A DNA stretch of 62,788 nucleotides, filler included, from Rhabdomonas costata (Eukaryota), in NCBI GenBank assembly GCA_019059605.1. It is 32 parts of 32 records of this genome, joined end to end, with 100 filler letters (N's around TTAATTAATTAA, not from the genome) between each part and the next. Parts side by side here need not be neighbours in the genome. Positions count along the whole stretch, not along the records: positions 23,587 to 25,451 come from JAHMHO010008011.1; positions 25,552 to 27,416 come from JAHMHO010008012.1; positions 27,517 to 29,381 come from JAHMHO010008013.1; positions 29,482 to 31,344 come from JAHMHO010008014.1; positions 31,445 to 33,311 come from JAHMHO010008015.1; positions 33,412 to 35,276 come from JAHMHO010008016.1; positions 35,377 to 37,241 come from JAHMHO010008017.1; positions 37,342 to 39,206 come from JAHMHO010008018.1; 24 more parts are not named here. One strand, 5' to 3'. The notes under the pieces are model-generated. The model had not been told where the DNA came from. It searched no databases and was given only the letters and a program-made list of their open reading frames with translations. The first letter of the stretch is position 1, and every line of letters begins with the position of its first letter. Of this stretch, positions 25,270-38,430 are shown one piece after another. The position numbers and the translations under genes are program-made.

Positions 25270-25445
25270 GTGACAAGCGCAGAGCTGTTTTCCCGTAACG
25301 AAACGTAGTGTAGTGTAGGGTTTAGCTACGAGAAAAACGGGAAAATGTCCGTGTGTTTGTGTAGACTTTTTCTGAGCTTTTTTTCGTAGCTAAACCCTAC
25401 GCTACACTACGTTTCGTTACGGGAAAACAGCTCTGCGCTTGCCAC
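25270..25445. repeat. Contig-terminal inverted repeat (probable fold-back chimera)
   Basis: Arms of ~70 bp with 2-3 mismatches, running into the contig end. Confidence 0.8.
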
Positions 25446-25858
25446 CCAACANNNNNNNNNNNNNNNNNNNNNNNNNNNNNNNNNNNNNNNNNNNNTTAAT
25501 TAATTAANNNNNNNNNNNNNNNNNNNNNNNNNNNNNNNNNNNNNNNNNNNNGGGAGCCTTTGGACCGAGGTTGGTTTGATTTAATACAGGTTACCCCGCT
25601 CACTGTGCGCCCCCGAAGGTATCTCCTGCGAGCACCCCTGGCATACAGCATATGCGCCCGTTAGGCGATAGCGCTCACCAACAGCTAGTCAGGCAACAGC
25701 CAGCGCGCCACAGACTGATTGGGTGCAAGGGTGCAAGATATTGGCACGCGACTCCAAAAGTATCCCTTTTTTTCGCAAGCAGCAGCCTGGCCACAGGATT
25801 TGTGGAGCTGAACTCCGCAAAGTCAGTTCCTTGTCTTTCTCCATTCCCCCTGTTTCAG

Positions 25859-26890
25859 GTGCGAGCCAACGCAAGGACCGGGAGCGGGAGCTGGTGGTTT
25901 GTACCGGAGATGGCCGTGTGCTGTTCTTCGACATCGACTACTGCGGCCCCGTGGCCACCGTGGCGGACCCCGCGCGCAGCCGAATCAACACCGTCTCGGT
26001 CTCCCCCTCAGGTCCTCGCACGCCTGGATGGTGTGAGGTGGGGGGAAGGCTCAGACCCTTTCCGCTGTAATCCGCCAGAAACAACTGTCCTTGTTTGAAC
26101 TTCATTGCTGCACAGCTTCTTTTTCATTCAGAAGTTCTGCTTTGTCCTCACTTTTTGGGGGGGCTTTTTTGGCTTACATATTTCATCTTTGGTTGGCCAT
26201 CGTTTCACACCTGGTTGCGCATGTATTTGAATTCAAAAGATGCTGGATTCGTACCCCCTTTTTCTGCGGTCGACCTATTTCATCCAGGGACTCTCCTGGC
26301 CTGCGGCACGTCGATGGGCACCATGCTGCTGTTTAGCCTTCAATCCGATCCGCCAGTCCTGCAGGGACAGGTACCAGGCTCACTCGCCCACGGACGCTCA
26401 CGTGCTCATGGTTTTTGGGGTTGGGGTGCGGACCTAGGTGTGTGTGGGAGCATTGACCCAGAAAGGCCACGCAGCTTCTAGCAATCTCTCACTCTACCCC
26501 TGTGGGGATGATGAGGGCAGACAACGAATCAACAACATGCAGCAATTTTTGGATCGCTCGCAATAAAAAAAAACAGACTCGAACGCCGACAAGCGGCTGC
26601 TTTGGATGGAGTGTCTAAGTATCTTAGAGTATCGCTGGGACTGAACCATCAGAGAGCTGCGTGGGTCAGTGTTATGGGAAAAGGGGTTCAAGCCTGAGAC
26701 CCTCGTAGCATTTACGCCGGGAAGCGGAGATAGAGTCTCGTTCTCTACCTTCCTCTTCACCTCTTACTTTGTTTTCCAGGCTAGCTGCCACTCGGGGGAG
26801 ATTCTGGGCCTGAGCTGGAGCCCAGATGGCCGGCAGCTGGTCACCTGCGGCGCGGACTGTGGGATGTGCGTGTGGAACTGCTACAGCTGA
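25859..26890 (+). CDS. WD40-repeat protein, last three exons
   Basis: Exons 25859-26011, 26288-26370 and 26780-26890: ELVVCTGDGRVLFFD...RINTVSVSPS|GTLLACGTSMGTMLLF...|ASCHSGEILGLSWSPDGRQLVTCGADCGMCVWNCYS*. Confidence 0.92.
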
Positions 26891-29199
26891 ACAGATCCCC
26901 GAAAATTGTGATTGTACATACGCATAGTGTACTTTTTTTGTAGGTTCATTGATTGGCATGCTCGTCATGGCGGACACGTTAGTTCGTTGTGTATGTACAG
27001 TTGGGGAGTTGCAGCACCATTGTGCATGTTGTTTTTCATTGTTTCCTTTTTGGGGGTAGTTTTTGGGGGAAATGGCGCAGCGAATTTTAGGAGGGAAGTT
27101 TAGTTGAGCATGAGAATGAGAATGACAGAATAGCAGTCGTAGACTCAATTGGCCATTTTCTTGATAACTTATGCAACTTTTTGGACTCCGGCAGTAGGTT
27201 TAAGTGTCTGGAGTTGTTCAGCTTTTTCAGATCAGAGTGCAATCAGGTATTCCCAAAACAACCTCCGTTGCTGCGCCACTGGCCCGCTTTCGTTGGGTCC
27301 GGGTTACCTACCTCAAAATAAACAAAGGATGCAAAAATTCTGTCGCTACCCTGACGCGCAGCAGCCATTGACCCGCGCTGTGCGGCGTGGTTTCGTGTGT
27401 GTGTGTGTGTGTGCGCNNNNNNNNNNNNNNNNNNNNNNNNNNNNNNNNNNNNNNNNNNNNTTAATTAATTAANNNNNNNNNNNNNNNNNNNNNNNNNNNN
27501 NNNNNNNNNNNNNNNNGGGTGGGTGTCGTTGAAAAGCAGCGCACCGTGGGCGTCGCGGGCCAGTTGGCATTGCGCCGGAGAGAAGAGGATCTGCCGACCG
27601 CACGCACTTTATGGGCTTTGACAGGAAATAGGATGTGGGGATGACTCTCTGGGGTTAAGTTCAGCAAAGCGAAGAATTCCAGGAGAGCTTGAAAAACTGT
27701 GATCTCGCGATCTTGGGCACTGGGCGGGTTTGGCTTTGGGCTGAAGCAGCGCTGAAGCGGGTTTTTCTCGCTGGTCGGTGGGGCGGCGCCACACCACAAG
27801 CACCATGATGCAGCAGCGAAACTTTTTGACATGTTTGGATGTAGTTGGTTGTTGCTTCAACGGTTCCGGATGCCCTTTTTCAGTGCTGACACGCTAGTGT
27901 TGATGGTTGACACTTTGACCGTTATTCTCGCCTTTCCTCGACTGCGTTACTCAACGGCAAACCTCCGATGACACCATTGCTGTGAATGAACCAGGGGTTT
28001 CGCAAGAAATAGTGTTTGCGTTCCCTAGCATATCAATCCAAATCACACCCGAACCTTTTTGTGGATGCTAGCTCAGCGCTGTATCAAAAGTCGGGTGGAG
28101 GGTTATGCGCCCGATTTCCGGGGGAGAAATCAGCCTTTAACCTTTGAATAGTTTCAAGCTCTTTTTTGCAAACGCTCCCGCACGCCATTACATCCTTGAT
28201 GCGCCTTTTCTGTTTCCCTTTTCCTGTGAAAGTCCTTGTTTTTCGCCATTCCGTGGATGGACCTTATTGCATCTTCGAAACTTTGGAGATGGTCGCCGAG
28301 AAAAGCGGGGCACGGCCATATGGCGCCGGTCAGCACCAGTTGACACTCATCGGCGAATCCCCCTCCCTCCCCGCCGCCACCAGACACTCGGAGACGCCAC
28401 ACGGCGCAGCTCTTTCTGCCTCTTTCTGTGGATGCTTTTTGATTTTGTCTTCCGCCCCCTGTCCCCTTGCGTGTTGGCGCCCACGCCCGCCAAGGAGCCG
28501 ATGGTTGAACCGCTGCCTCTTTCCAGACGTGCCGCGGGCATTAATGCCCGATCCAATATTTAAGCCCCAAAATGACGTCCGGCAATCTCGTATAAAAGTG
28601 GTCGCCTTGAAGGCCCTTCTGGTCAAACCCCGGGTGCTACACCGATCCCCGCCTTTTGGCGGACACGGTAAAGAAAAGACAAAGGTACAGTTACAGGGCC
28701 AGGTGTATGATACATGGCGTAGCGGACGGCGAAAGACAGAGCAAAGACGCAGCCGGATGGGAAGAGTGTTTGCGGAAAATCCAAATCCCAGCTTCACCTG
28801 GCACAAGGTCTTCAACCCCAAACCTACGGGGGTTTGGGGGTTTAGATTTCCGACACATTCGAAGATATGGGACGAAAAAAAAAAACAAATTTTCACAGCT
28901 CAACTTAACGGCGCCCCTATAAATTTACTCGTGCCCTTGCGCTGAAGTATAGCACGGTCCGTGTCGTGTCATGCCGAAATGTGGGTATCTCTCGTGGTAT
29001 CGGGGTTGATGGCCTGGTCCGCTTGGGCTTGCCGTAGTAGGATGATAGGGGAGGGTATTTAGAGTGATGTTAAGATGGGAGTACCAACCGGGAGTAGCGG
29101 GCACCGCCTTTATGTGGGCTTCCGGGTAACAGTAACCCCAATTCCCCCACACCATCTCAACTACCACTCACTCAGAACTCCAACTGCGTTTCACTAATG

Positions 29200-29381
29200 A
29201 CCTTAAACCAAAACCCTAAACCCTAAAGAAGAACGCACGAACACGCACCAAGCCCAAAAACCCAAAGCAAGAACGCCCACTCCAATCCCGAATGCCTCAG
29301 CCAAACCACTGGCTCAGATCCAAAACACGAGGACAAAATCCAGAACCACGAATCCAAAAACCAAACACCGAAAGCAAAATC
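29200..29381 (-). repeat. Degenerate telomere-like tract including AAACCCTAAACCCTAAA
   Basis: Two TTTAGGG units on the minus strand inside an A/C-rich tract resembling 13762-13960 and 50510-50780. Confidence 0.5.
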
Positions 29382-29481
29382 NNNNNNNNNNNNNNNNNNN
29401 NNNNNNNNNNNNNNNNNNNNNNNNNTTAATTAATTAANNNNNNNNNNNNNNNNNNNNNNNNNNNNNNNNNNNNNNNNNNNN

Positions 29482-30043
29482 TCATTTCATTTCATTTGGA
29501 AAAGTTGGGCTGGCAACGTTTTGCAAAACTGGATTGCACCCCTTCCTCCCCCAGTCATGGTACATGTTGGGGCATGTCGGTGTTTTGTCATAGGAGGTTC
29601 AGAAGATTCAACATGGACGTATTGGGGTTCAGGGGCGGTCAATATGTTTTGCAAAACGTTGTATTCGGGGTGGAAGGCTGAAATTGGCTGTTTTAAAGGG
29701 GTTTCGGGTGTTTGCCGGCGGCGTCGCCCGGAAAAGCCCATTGGAGATCAGAAGGTCCATTTTAACCCTGAAAAACTACTCTGATTCGTATTAATGTCGT
29801 TTAGCTTTATGACGGAGGCCAATCGTTTCACACATTTTCACCGCGAAACCGCTCCTATAACTCTTCGGGAGGTGATAAAAGGCTGATTTTTTTCCTAGTT
29901 TCCGAGGTTTTTCCCTATTACAAAACACCGACATGCCCCAACATGTACCATGACTGGGGGAGGAAGGGGTGCAATCCAGTTTTGCAAAACGTTGCCAGCC
30001 CAACTTTTCCAAATGAAATGAAATGAAATGAAATGAAATGAAA
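29482..30043. repeat. ~110-bp inverted repeat with ~320-bp spacer, flanked by (GAAAT)n
   Basis: 29482-29593 is the reverse complement of ~29914-30027; the (GAAAT)n microsatellite spans 30011-30044. Confidence 0.9.
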
Positions 30044-33000
30044 TTCACCCGTGGCAAGCAAAACGGCCAAAGGGAGCCGGGCGAAAACCCGGGCGCAAAG
30101 CAGCCGGCAAAGAAATGGCACAGAGGGAGGCGGCTTCCGTCCTCACTGCTTTGGGCGTGTCAGGCCGGCCCGTCCAAACGAACGCGCAAGAGATCCGGGC
30201 GATACTGCTCGTTTTTCGCGGCCCAACACAATCAAAAACGGCCAATCCGGCTCCACGGAAAGGGTCGCATTGCTGGGGAAAACTCCTTCACATTTGGAGT
30301 GCTCAACATCCCTTCTGATCCGATTCAAGGGAAGGTCAGCTTTGGTGCGGCATGTGAATAGGTGTGATAGCGTGTGTGGGGTGCAGAAGGTTTTGCAGCG
30401 CACTCTCCCGAATGGAGGAGCATTTGCGATTAGCCACGTAGGGCACGCTCGCAGGCATGGTGGCTTTGCTGCGTCCTCCACGTCTCTACTCTGCACGCCG
30501 AAGCATGCAGGCAATGGAAAGCGCTTCCAAGCACGAGCAACAATCCGACAAAAGAGCTGTGACCCATGTTCCCGAAAACAGTGAGTGGAAGCACGAAGGA
30601 CAAAAACAATGGCGACATCAGTAGGAGCGTGGGCAAAGCGACGCCTTATAGGGGCCGCACCAGGACGAGAGAAAGGTGTTGCGTCCAGAAACTGGCCACA
30701 AATGCCCACCTTCCCCTCTGAGAGATCTTCCGCCGATCTTTTTTTTTGCATGCTCGGTGCGCGCCACAGGTTTTTTAAACGCCCTGACAACTACCAGCCC
30801 AAACGCAACCTCCCTCCCTATAGCACGCCTCCCAGGGGACGCCATCAGCGGGGAAGCGTCCACTACTTTCCGCCCTTCTTCTTGCCACCAGCCAGCGCCG
30901 CAAACATGTTGGAAGCGCGCTGCGTCAAAAAAAAAGTCGGCAATCCACAAAAGCGTGTGTCACCCGACAGACACCTTTCCAAATTGTCTCCAGTTTGGAT
31001 TCTGATGCCTCAAAGACAAACAGTTCAGAGGAAAAACTCCGCTGAACAAGAAGGTTCCCCCTATCCATACCTTCTATATATTCCCACTCGTTGAAAGTCA
31101 GAGCAAAACATGAAGCACCTTGGTTCGGCCAATGCGAAAACGGAGAAATGTTGAAAGTGGAGAATCAGAGGAAAAAATGCACTCCCAAACCCTAAACGCC
31201 GAGTGCATGCCGTTCCTCCAGTCATTATGTTTGAATAAGGGAACACATTGAAGCCCGCGGTGAGTTGCCTGCCTGGCCCAATAATAACTAATGAGACTCC
31301 AGAAAGGCACCAAAGAGCCTTTTGATTTCTCAGCACAACACCCCNNNNNNNNNNNNNNNNNNNNNNNNNNNNNNNNNNNNNNNNNNNNTTAATTAATTAA
31401 NNNNNNNNNNNNNNNNNNNNNNNNNNNNNNNNNNNNNNNNNNNNTCACAAAAAGTGAGTGTGTTCAAATGCGAAAACTGTCTTTGGACACGTTCCGCGGA
31501 GCTCCATGGAGTTCCTTGGAATTTCACATGGCAGAGAGAAAAGAAGAAAGGCAGAACGTTGGGATTGGAAAAGTTGTGAAAAAAAGTTCTGTTATTTAGT
31601 TGCGCGCTGCCTGGGTGCTCACCAGGAGATTTCAGTGATCATGTTGTCAGTGCCTCACGAGTCAAGAATCACCCGGAAACACACCCGGGCACGGTCAAGT
31701 GCAGCGGTTGCTGAAAAGACACACCTGCACACAAGAAAGGAGACCTAGCAGCCGCCAGCAGCACGCACGTCCTCGTTCCAACTCAAATACACACAACGAG
31801 GAGGACGCCTGGCCCCCGGCAGTGCACTCAAGTCCCAACCCTCTTTAACAGGAGAAAAATGAAAGGTGGAGATGCACTTCCCAAAACCGACAGCCCCATC
31901 CGGCCGCACAACGACCTAAGTATTTTTGGTCGAGCTTCTGCTGGGTCACGTCCTTGTGTGCCATCGACTGCACATAAAGTCTATCAACGTTTGCCGCGGC
32001 TTCCTGAAGAAGGAAGAGGAACCATACAGAGTGTAATGTTGGGGAAGGGGAAAAATTCCTCTGACTACCTCACTACCAAGCGGCCAAGAGCTGATCTCCA
32101 GTCTGTTGATATGCAATTTCTGGTGCAAAACCTGTTGTCAGACCTCAGCTCGAAGTTCGCAAAAATTCACAATTTTTTTATACGGGTGCGAACATGCCGC
32201 CTCGTGTTGGCGGCTGGTTGCGGACCTTCCTGAGACAGACGGACATACAGACACACACGTCACAGGAATGCTTGGTGACGCGGTAAGTCAACGCAGGAAG
32301 ATCGAAAGGGCTTGCAAGAAAGGAAGCGGAAGAGGTTAGCGGCTAGAAGGCTTTGGTTGGCGAAATGGGCCATAAAAGTCAGAAGGCACAGGCAAAGGAC
32401 CCGGAAGGTGCGACACGGGGGAAATTTTTGCGGGAGAAAGTGGTGGACGGGAAAGAACGTCGACAATGACAACCGGTGGAAGGCGTTTGTGTGTCAGTGT
32501 GGAGGGGGTTCTGTGTGGTTGAGCTCTGCACACGTCTCCCGTACCACCTTCCGGCTTTTCAACCCTTTCTTGTTCCTTGTGTGTTGTTTGCTATTTGCCG
32601 TTTGCAAGTGGGTCTTTCACTGAACAGTGGTGACGCTGTGCGAATTGTTTTTTTTTTTTTTGAAAAAACGCAATCTCCGAAATCACCATCCACACCGAAC
32701 CATCCATTTCCCACTGGTTCAGCGTGTTATCGACCCCATTGTACACGCATTGTTTTTTTTAAAGCGGGCAAGCAACCACCCCATGACATTCTCTTCAGCC
32801 GCTTGTCCGCTTGCTGTAAACACAGACATGCTGAAGAAAAGACGACGACGACCAGGGAATTGATGAGGGGGGTTATAATTTCCTGCCCTGCACATCACAC
32901 TTTCGGTTTTACACGAATTCACCTCCTCAGGCACGCAGGCAGAGTTAACATTTCGTGCAACCGCTGGGACTGCATTGTTGTATTGCCCCATTCCTCTACA

Positions 33001-33186
33001 CTTCCCTCTTCCACTCCCAGAACTTCATATGATTCTGGGCTTTTGTGACATTTGCACTGGCTACTTCTCTCTAGAGGGACCTGTGCGCCAGCCTGGGTTG
33101 CCAAATGCGAAGTCACATGGGATTCTGTCCCCAAGAGCACCTTAGATTTTACGCCGGTGAAGAAGTTGAAGCTCAAATATGCGTAC

Positions 33187-33276
33187 CTCCGCTGTAAGCT
33201 TCTTTTTCGACGCGGTGCCCTCCGAGGCGAGAAATTTTTCCCGGAGCTGCCGCAGCCTAGCCTCCTTCTGCGCCAT
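33187..33276 (-). CDS. First coding exon of an unknown (coiled-coil-like) protein
   Basis: ctgacag|C-ATG ... GAG|gtacgc, 30 codons: MAQKEARLRQLREKFLASEGTASKKKLTAE. Confidence 0.55.
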
Positions 33277-34566
33277 GCTGTCAGTGCACAATCGCTGGGA
33301 GAGCTTTTTTANNNNNNNNNNNNNNNNNNNNNNNNNNNNNNNNNNNNNNNNNNNNTTAATTAATTAANNNNNNNNNNNNNNNNNNNNNNNNNNNNNNNNN
33401 NNNNNNNNNNNGTTTGTTGGTCGAGCATCAGCCGTCATTATTGGTGGCGTTTGGCGATCACCTGAGCCTGGGATACGGCTTGAAAAATGGCACTGGACCC
33501 TCTGCCTGAGCTAGGTTGCTACGGGCTTCATTCGGGTAATTGTCTCTGGCCGAACGAAGACCTGACCTCCTTGCAAACAGTTAACAGGTCATTTTTTAGC
33601 GAATCTGTTCCACCGGAAGATGCGAGTATTTGCGCTACATGGGCCTGTTTGTAGGAATAGTATGTCCGAATTTCGGGCACCACGTCTGTACAAGGTTGCA
33701 CACCTAGCCTGCAACTGGTAGAGTGTTAGTCCCAAGCAAAGAAAGAAGAAAACATTCAGTACTGTGTCTGTGCCGATGCCTCAAATGGTGCCTCATCCTC
33801 ATCCCTGTAACGTACCAAAAAAAAACCTTTATTCAGCGTTTGAGAAGCAGCTCTTTTGTGCCCTGTCACGGTGCCAAGAAGCGGGAAGGGTCACAGGGCC
33901 TACTCGCCGACCTTGCGTCCGATAAGCCGGCAATAGAAGCTGGGGGCTCCGAGCCAGCTGTAAATGTACGGCTCCGGTTTGCACATGTTCCTCCAACACC
34001 AGCGGTTTCGCGCAGGTGTCAGCGAGCTATGCAAGTAATTGGATGAGTGAGTTCCAGCCATAGGTTCAGGGCCATTTTTCCTTTCTTCCGGGATGCTGAG
34101 TTTTCTTCCCGGAAGGTTGCTGGTTAACCAACTTCTGCACTAATTTTTCCTTCGGGCGCTGACGAGCGAGAGAGGGTTGCCCGAAAGTTGAAATCTCGAG
34201 CTGGGCTTCAAACTAATCCGGGCTTCCTTCCGCGGGACTTTCCAGGCACCCCATCACCGCCGCCGCCACCACCTGCAGTAAAAAAATGGATCACGGTCCA
34301 CGCAGCCGCCCACAATCTGGTTGTTCAACTCGGGACTCGTCCAACTTGAATGCCTATCACCTTGTGACATATAATGGGTGCAAATAGTTGTTTGTTTCCG
34401 CACATCTGCAATGTGTGTACATGTGTTTTGGTCTGGTTGGGTGTTTTGCTTGATGTTGTGCTGCTGCAGGGCGCACACGCGCTCTCCCTGGCGCTTCAAC
34501 GCCACCTTTTATTCTATACTATTGTGCCCTTCCCGCGTTTATTGTTCGCTGTGTGACGATTCACAA

Positions 34567-35020
34567 ATGAACGACCCCTTTGTCGAGGGGACGCCGGTTC
34601 CTTCCGTTCACCCCCTGTTTGATTCCGAGTTTTGGTGTGAGGAGCGACCTCCGTCCATCGCTCTGGATGGTCCGCAGCCCCCTTCGGGCGCCACTTCCAC
34701 CTCGCGGCAGCAGTCGCCCTTAGTCACGTTCTGGCCGGTGCGATGGAAGGATGATCGAGACTCCTGGCTAGGGTGGAAGCTTGGTTTGAGTGTGTTGATA
34801 TGTCTCGTTCTTCTGCTGGAAACGGTGCTGTGCTCGTCCCACCACAATGCTCTGGTGCTGCACGCGCTGCAAGCCTTCCGGTATCACTTTCTGCCGTCGA
34901 CGCAGGAAAAGGGATTGGCTAGCCTTCCGGACATGCCTGCCGTTGCAAGGGCAGTGAAGTCAACGACCCACCATTACTACCATCTGCCGGACATTCTTCC
35001 TGGAACGTTCTCTCATGGAG
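34567..35020 (+). CDS. Mucolipin (TRPML)/polycystin-type cation channel N-terminal exon
   Basis: WKLGLSVLICLVLLLETVL (TM1)...QAFRYHFLP...AVARAVKSTTHHYYHLPD resembles TRPML KLxLQ...AFRHLFL...Y.xLPD. Donor GAG|gt at 35020. Confidence 0.7.
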
Positions 35021-35487
35021 GTTGTTGTGCGATTTTAAGACGACAAGGGCAGGGAACCTCGTGGTGGTCTTTTTACCTTTGTTTTTGCTTGTGGGCATGA
35101 TTGGGATGCCTTACGCTGGTATAGCTGAAAAGGAAAAAGTTTCTTTTTTGTGCATGTCGCAACTTGGGACGGGGCGTGAAAGGTGAACTAACATTCATTC
35201 ATGGCACACCAGCGAGGGCAATAAATGAAGAAGAAACTCTTTTGGGAATATGAGCCCCAACCCGTCACCAAAAACCNNNNNNNNNNNNNNNNNNNNNNNN
35301 NNNNNNNNNNNNNNNNNNNNTTAATTAATTAANNNNNNNNNNNNNNNNNNNNNNNNNNNNNNNNNNNNNNNNNNNNGTGTTCATTGTTGCCGGGACCAAT
35401 TTTCAACATTGACGTATTGGGAGGCAAGGTGGTGCCTGCTCTATGTGCACCAAAACCGTCGCCATCTTTGTCTTGCGTTTCCACCGC

Positions 35488-37186
35488 TTACATCTTGAAA
35501 TTCTTGAGCTCCTCCTTCCACTGGGCGGTGGGCATGTCACCCACGTGCTTCCCCGTCTTCTTCTCGAGCTTCTCGATGAATTCACCCCAAAGCTTCTCTC
35601 GGCGGGCGATCTCATGAGGATCGCGCACCTAGAAAGAAGGAAACAGCAAGAGACAGACTACACCTCTGCATCAAAAACGGGCAAAACCACTGCCGAGATG
35701 GAAAAAGAGTATAAAGAAAAGTAACACCACGGCAACAACCCGCAAGTCACATTCCCAGGCCGGCGTGACGTTCGCTCTTTCAAATTGGCTTATGGGGGTC
35801 CATAATTGCGTCACTGTATTGTGGCCATCAGGACACCCAGATTTTTGCTGAAGGTCGCAGCCAACACGAGAACATGCTGAGAAGGCTACGGGGCAAGGAG
35901 AGCGTTTTCCAGAGTGGTGGGACGTGTGAAAGGGGACACTACACGCAAGCGCTGCAGAGCTGGAGAAGGGTGTTGTGGGGCCTGGCTGACCTTGCCCCAG
36001 TCCTGCACGATCTGGTTGTGGCGGACCAGTACGCGGTTCAGCTTCAGCAGGTCAGGGCGATCCGGGGACATCCCGAGCACTCGGACGTCATTGCCCAGCT
36101 CGTGCACGGGCTGCCCCCACTGCGAGTAGCTTCCGAAGATTTCGAACAGGGTCTCCAGCTTGCGGTACAGCTTGGGCTGCTTGATGGCATTGAACAGCAT
36201 CTTCAGGATGGGCCGGCGGATGTTGCGGTGGAGAACGGGATTGCTGAAGGTCAGCTTGATCCCGACCTCCTCGTGGAAAATCCGAGCGACATCTCCGGAA
36301 CTGAAAATAAGACCAGTGTGTGGGACGAAACGGCATCAACCCCTTCCCCTCCCCTCCCCTCGGGGAATGCGCATTGCCTTGATGAAGAACAGATATAATC
36401 TCTTCGTTTTTGGCCAGCATGCAGCCGTTGGAAAGCAGTCATGATTCTTTCGTGAAAGAGGTTTCTATAGAGTAACCGAAAAACAAAAAACGAAAGACCA
36501 ATGTTTCAGTGATGAACATATACAGCAGAAATCAACCTTCGGCATTGGGTGTGATGGGAGATGGATATAACGGTTTTATTGTTGCAAAACAACCCAAATA
36601 ATCCAATGTTGCGGGCTCAAATAAAAGCCTCTAAAGGCGTGAGTTCGACATTTTTTATAGTGGTGGTTACTCTGGAGTTTCCACTCAAACGCGCGTGCAA
36701 GCTTTGTATTTTTCTCCTGACCCACTGCAACGGGAAAAAGCAGAGGGCGTTCCAATGAAAGGTGCTCCGCTTTTGGCAACGGCATTCGATGAGAGCCCAA
36801 TGCAATACATGTGCGGGCAGGGGGAGGGGGGGGAGATACGTGATGCCCGTCCCCCCCAAGTGCACGCGCTCCCCAGTCGCCAGGGGGTGAAACAGCGCCG
36901 CCACCAGGCCCTCGGTCACCCGGTCGATGGAAACCACGTTGATTTTCGCCGTCGGGGAGGAGGGAAAGTTCAGCACCAGCCACAGGATGATACTGCGCAT
37001 TGGCTGCTTCATCCGCTGCATCTCCGCGTGGATCCTCCCAAAGGCGTTCCCTGCGGCGTTGATCACCTTGGTGTCACCGTGGTTGTTGCCGTTGCGGCTG
37101 TGCCCGATCACGATGGCAGGGCACAGGGACGCCACCCGCAACCCCGTCGCAAGCATGAAGTGCCGGGTCTGGATGTCCGCAATGGC
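35488..37186 (-). CDS. Extended-SDR / NAD_binding_4 (fatty-acyl-CoA reductase-like) protein, C-terminal three exons
   Basis: Exons 37186-36840, 36300-35991 and 35628-35488 join in frame: LRVASLCPAIVIGHSRNG...KINVVSIDRVTEGLVAAL...GERVHLGG...|SGDVARIF...WGQPVHELGNDVRVLG...|VRDPHEIARREKLW...NFKM*. The [R/C]PxIVxG and NxVxVDxV motifs are present. Confidence 0.75.
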
Positions 37187-37526
37187 CTAACGCAAATACA
37201 CAGTCCCAGAAGTGAAATCAAGTGGGTGCAGGGAAACAACCNNNNNNNNNNNNNNNNNNNNNNNNNNNNNNNNNNNNNNNNNNNNTTAATTAATTAANNN
37301 NNNNNNNNNNNNNNNNNNNNNNNNNNNNNNNNNNNNNNNNNGTTTTTGTGTGAGGTCGCTGTGCAGGACGAACTGCAAGGAAGTGCTGTTAGTGGTGTTT
37401 TTTTGATTAGTGACTTTTTTGAGCTGACGCAGTCGATGAAGACTTTGATGCGCGCCGCAGTACCTTGGATAATTATGTTTCAGAGCATTTCGAGAAAACG
37501 GCCAATTCTGGGTTTTTTATGCCCAG

Positions 37527-38430
37527 CGTCTGTACGGCCTCCGCCTGGGCCTGACTGGTTCCAGTCCTTCGGAAGCAGCAACCTGCTGATGTCCTCGGTC
37601 ATTGTGGCCGCCCCCGCGACTACCCTAACCATCCTCAGCCTCTCTGTGACCTTCACTCTGGCCTCACCCCCGCCCACGGTGTTCCACCCCCTGACCTTCT
37701 CGATCCGTGCCGGGGACACCAGCGTGAGCACCCCTAAGGTCCGCGCGGTGAAGGCGGATGACAAGGTTGCTGTGGTGTGGAACGGGCAGTGGGTGGTGCA
37801 CCCCCGGGGGAACGGCGAGGAGGAGGAGCTGGGCCTGGATCTGCATGCACACCCGTTCGGCCGGAAGAGCCGAGTTCTGGCGTACACGGTATTTCCTTAC
37901 TGACTCCTGTCTGGTTCTTGCCTGCGTGCTTCTCCGTCTCGTTCTCGTTCTCTCCTCGTTTCTTCGCGTCCAAAGAAAAAAGAACGCCCGACGCGCGCGC
38001 ACACACGCAGTCGCTGAAAAACAAACCCTGGAAGCGAAAGGAAGACATGGTAACTCCAACCAAGGGGAGCGAAGATAGCAGAACACGTTGTAAAGGCAGA
38101 CGTGGCACATGCGCACTTTTCCAGCTCCAATGGGGTTCTGTGGGGCGAACCTTTCGCCTTTGTCACTGTCATTAATATAAATTTCAAAAATGAATTGTGA
38201 CTCTGCTAATGAAAGGTGGTTCTTCTCCTATTGGGTGGAAAGTACGAGCAAAACCATCCCTGTCGCATACATGCTCACCATTTCTTTTCCTGTTGTAGGA
38301 GTCCGGTCGTGATTCACTTTCAATCGGTCGATGGCTCGAATGTGGCGGGGTTGTGGGGGTGGGCGCTTTTCAGGTGACGCCGTTGAAGCTTCTGCCTCTT
38401 CATGCTATCACCCAACATCGCATCGACTTC
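37527..38430 (+). CDS. Unknown protein with a possible C2-like beta domain
   Basis: Exon ~37527-37888 joins exon 38374-~38430: STPKVRAV...VVWNGQW...LGLDLHAH...RVLAYT|VTPLKLLP. Confidence 0.45.

Noticed and set aside
28166..28945. 259-aa ORF, and similar long ORFs at 30143-30790 and 57565-58311
   Set aside because: No recognisable domain; crosses homopolymer-rich non-coding-like DNA; plausible by chance at this GC content.
35874..36398. 174-aa plus-strand ORF (also 36695-37297)
   Set aside because: Antisense shadows of the GC-rich SDR exons on the minus strand.
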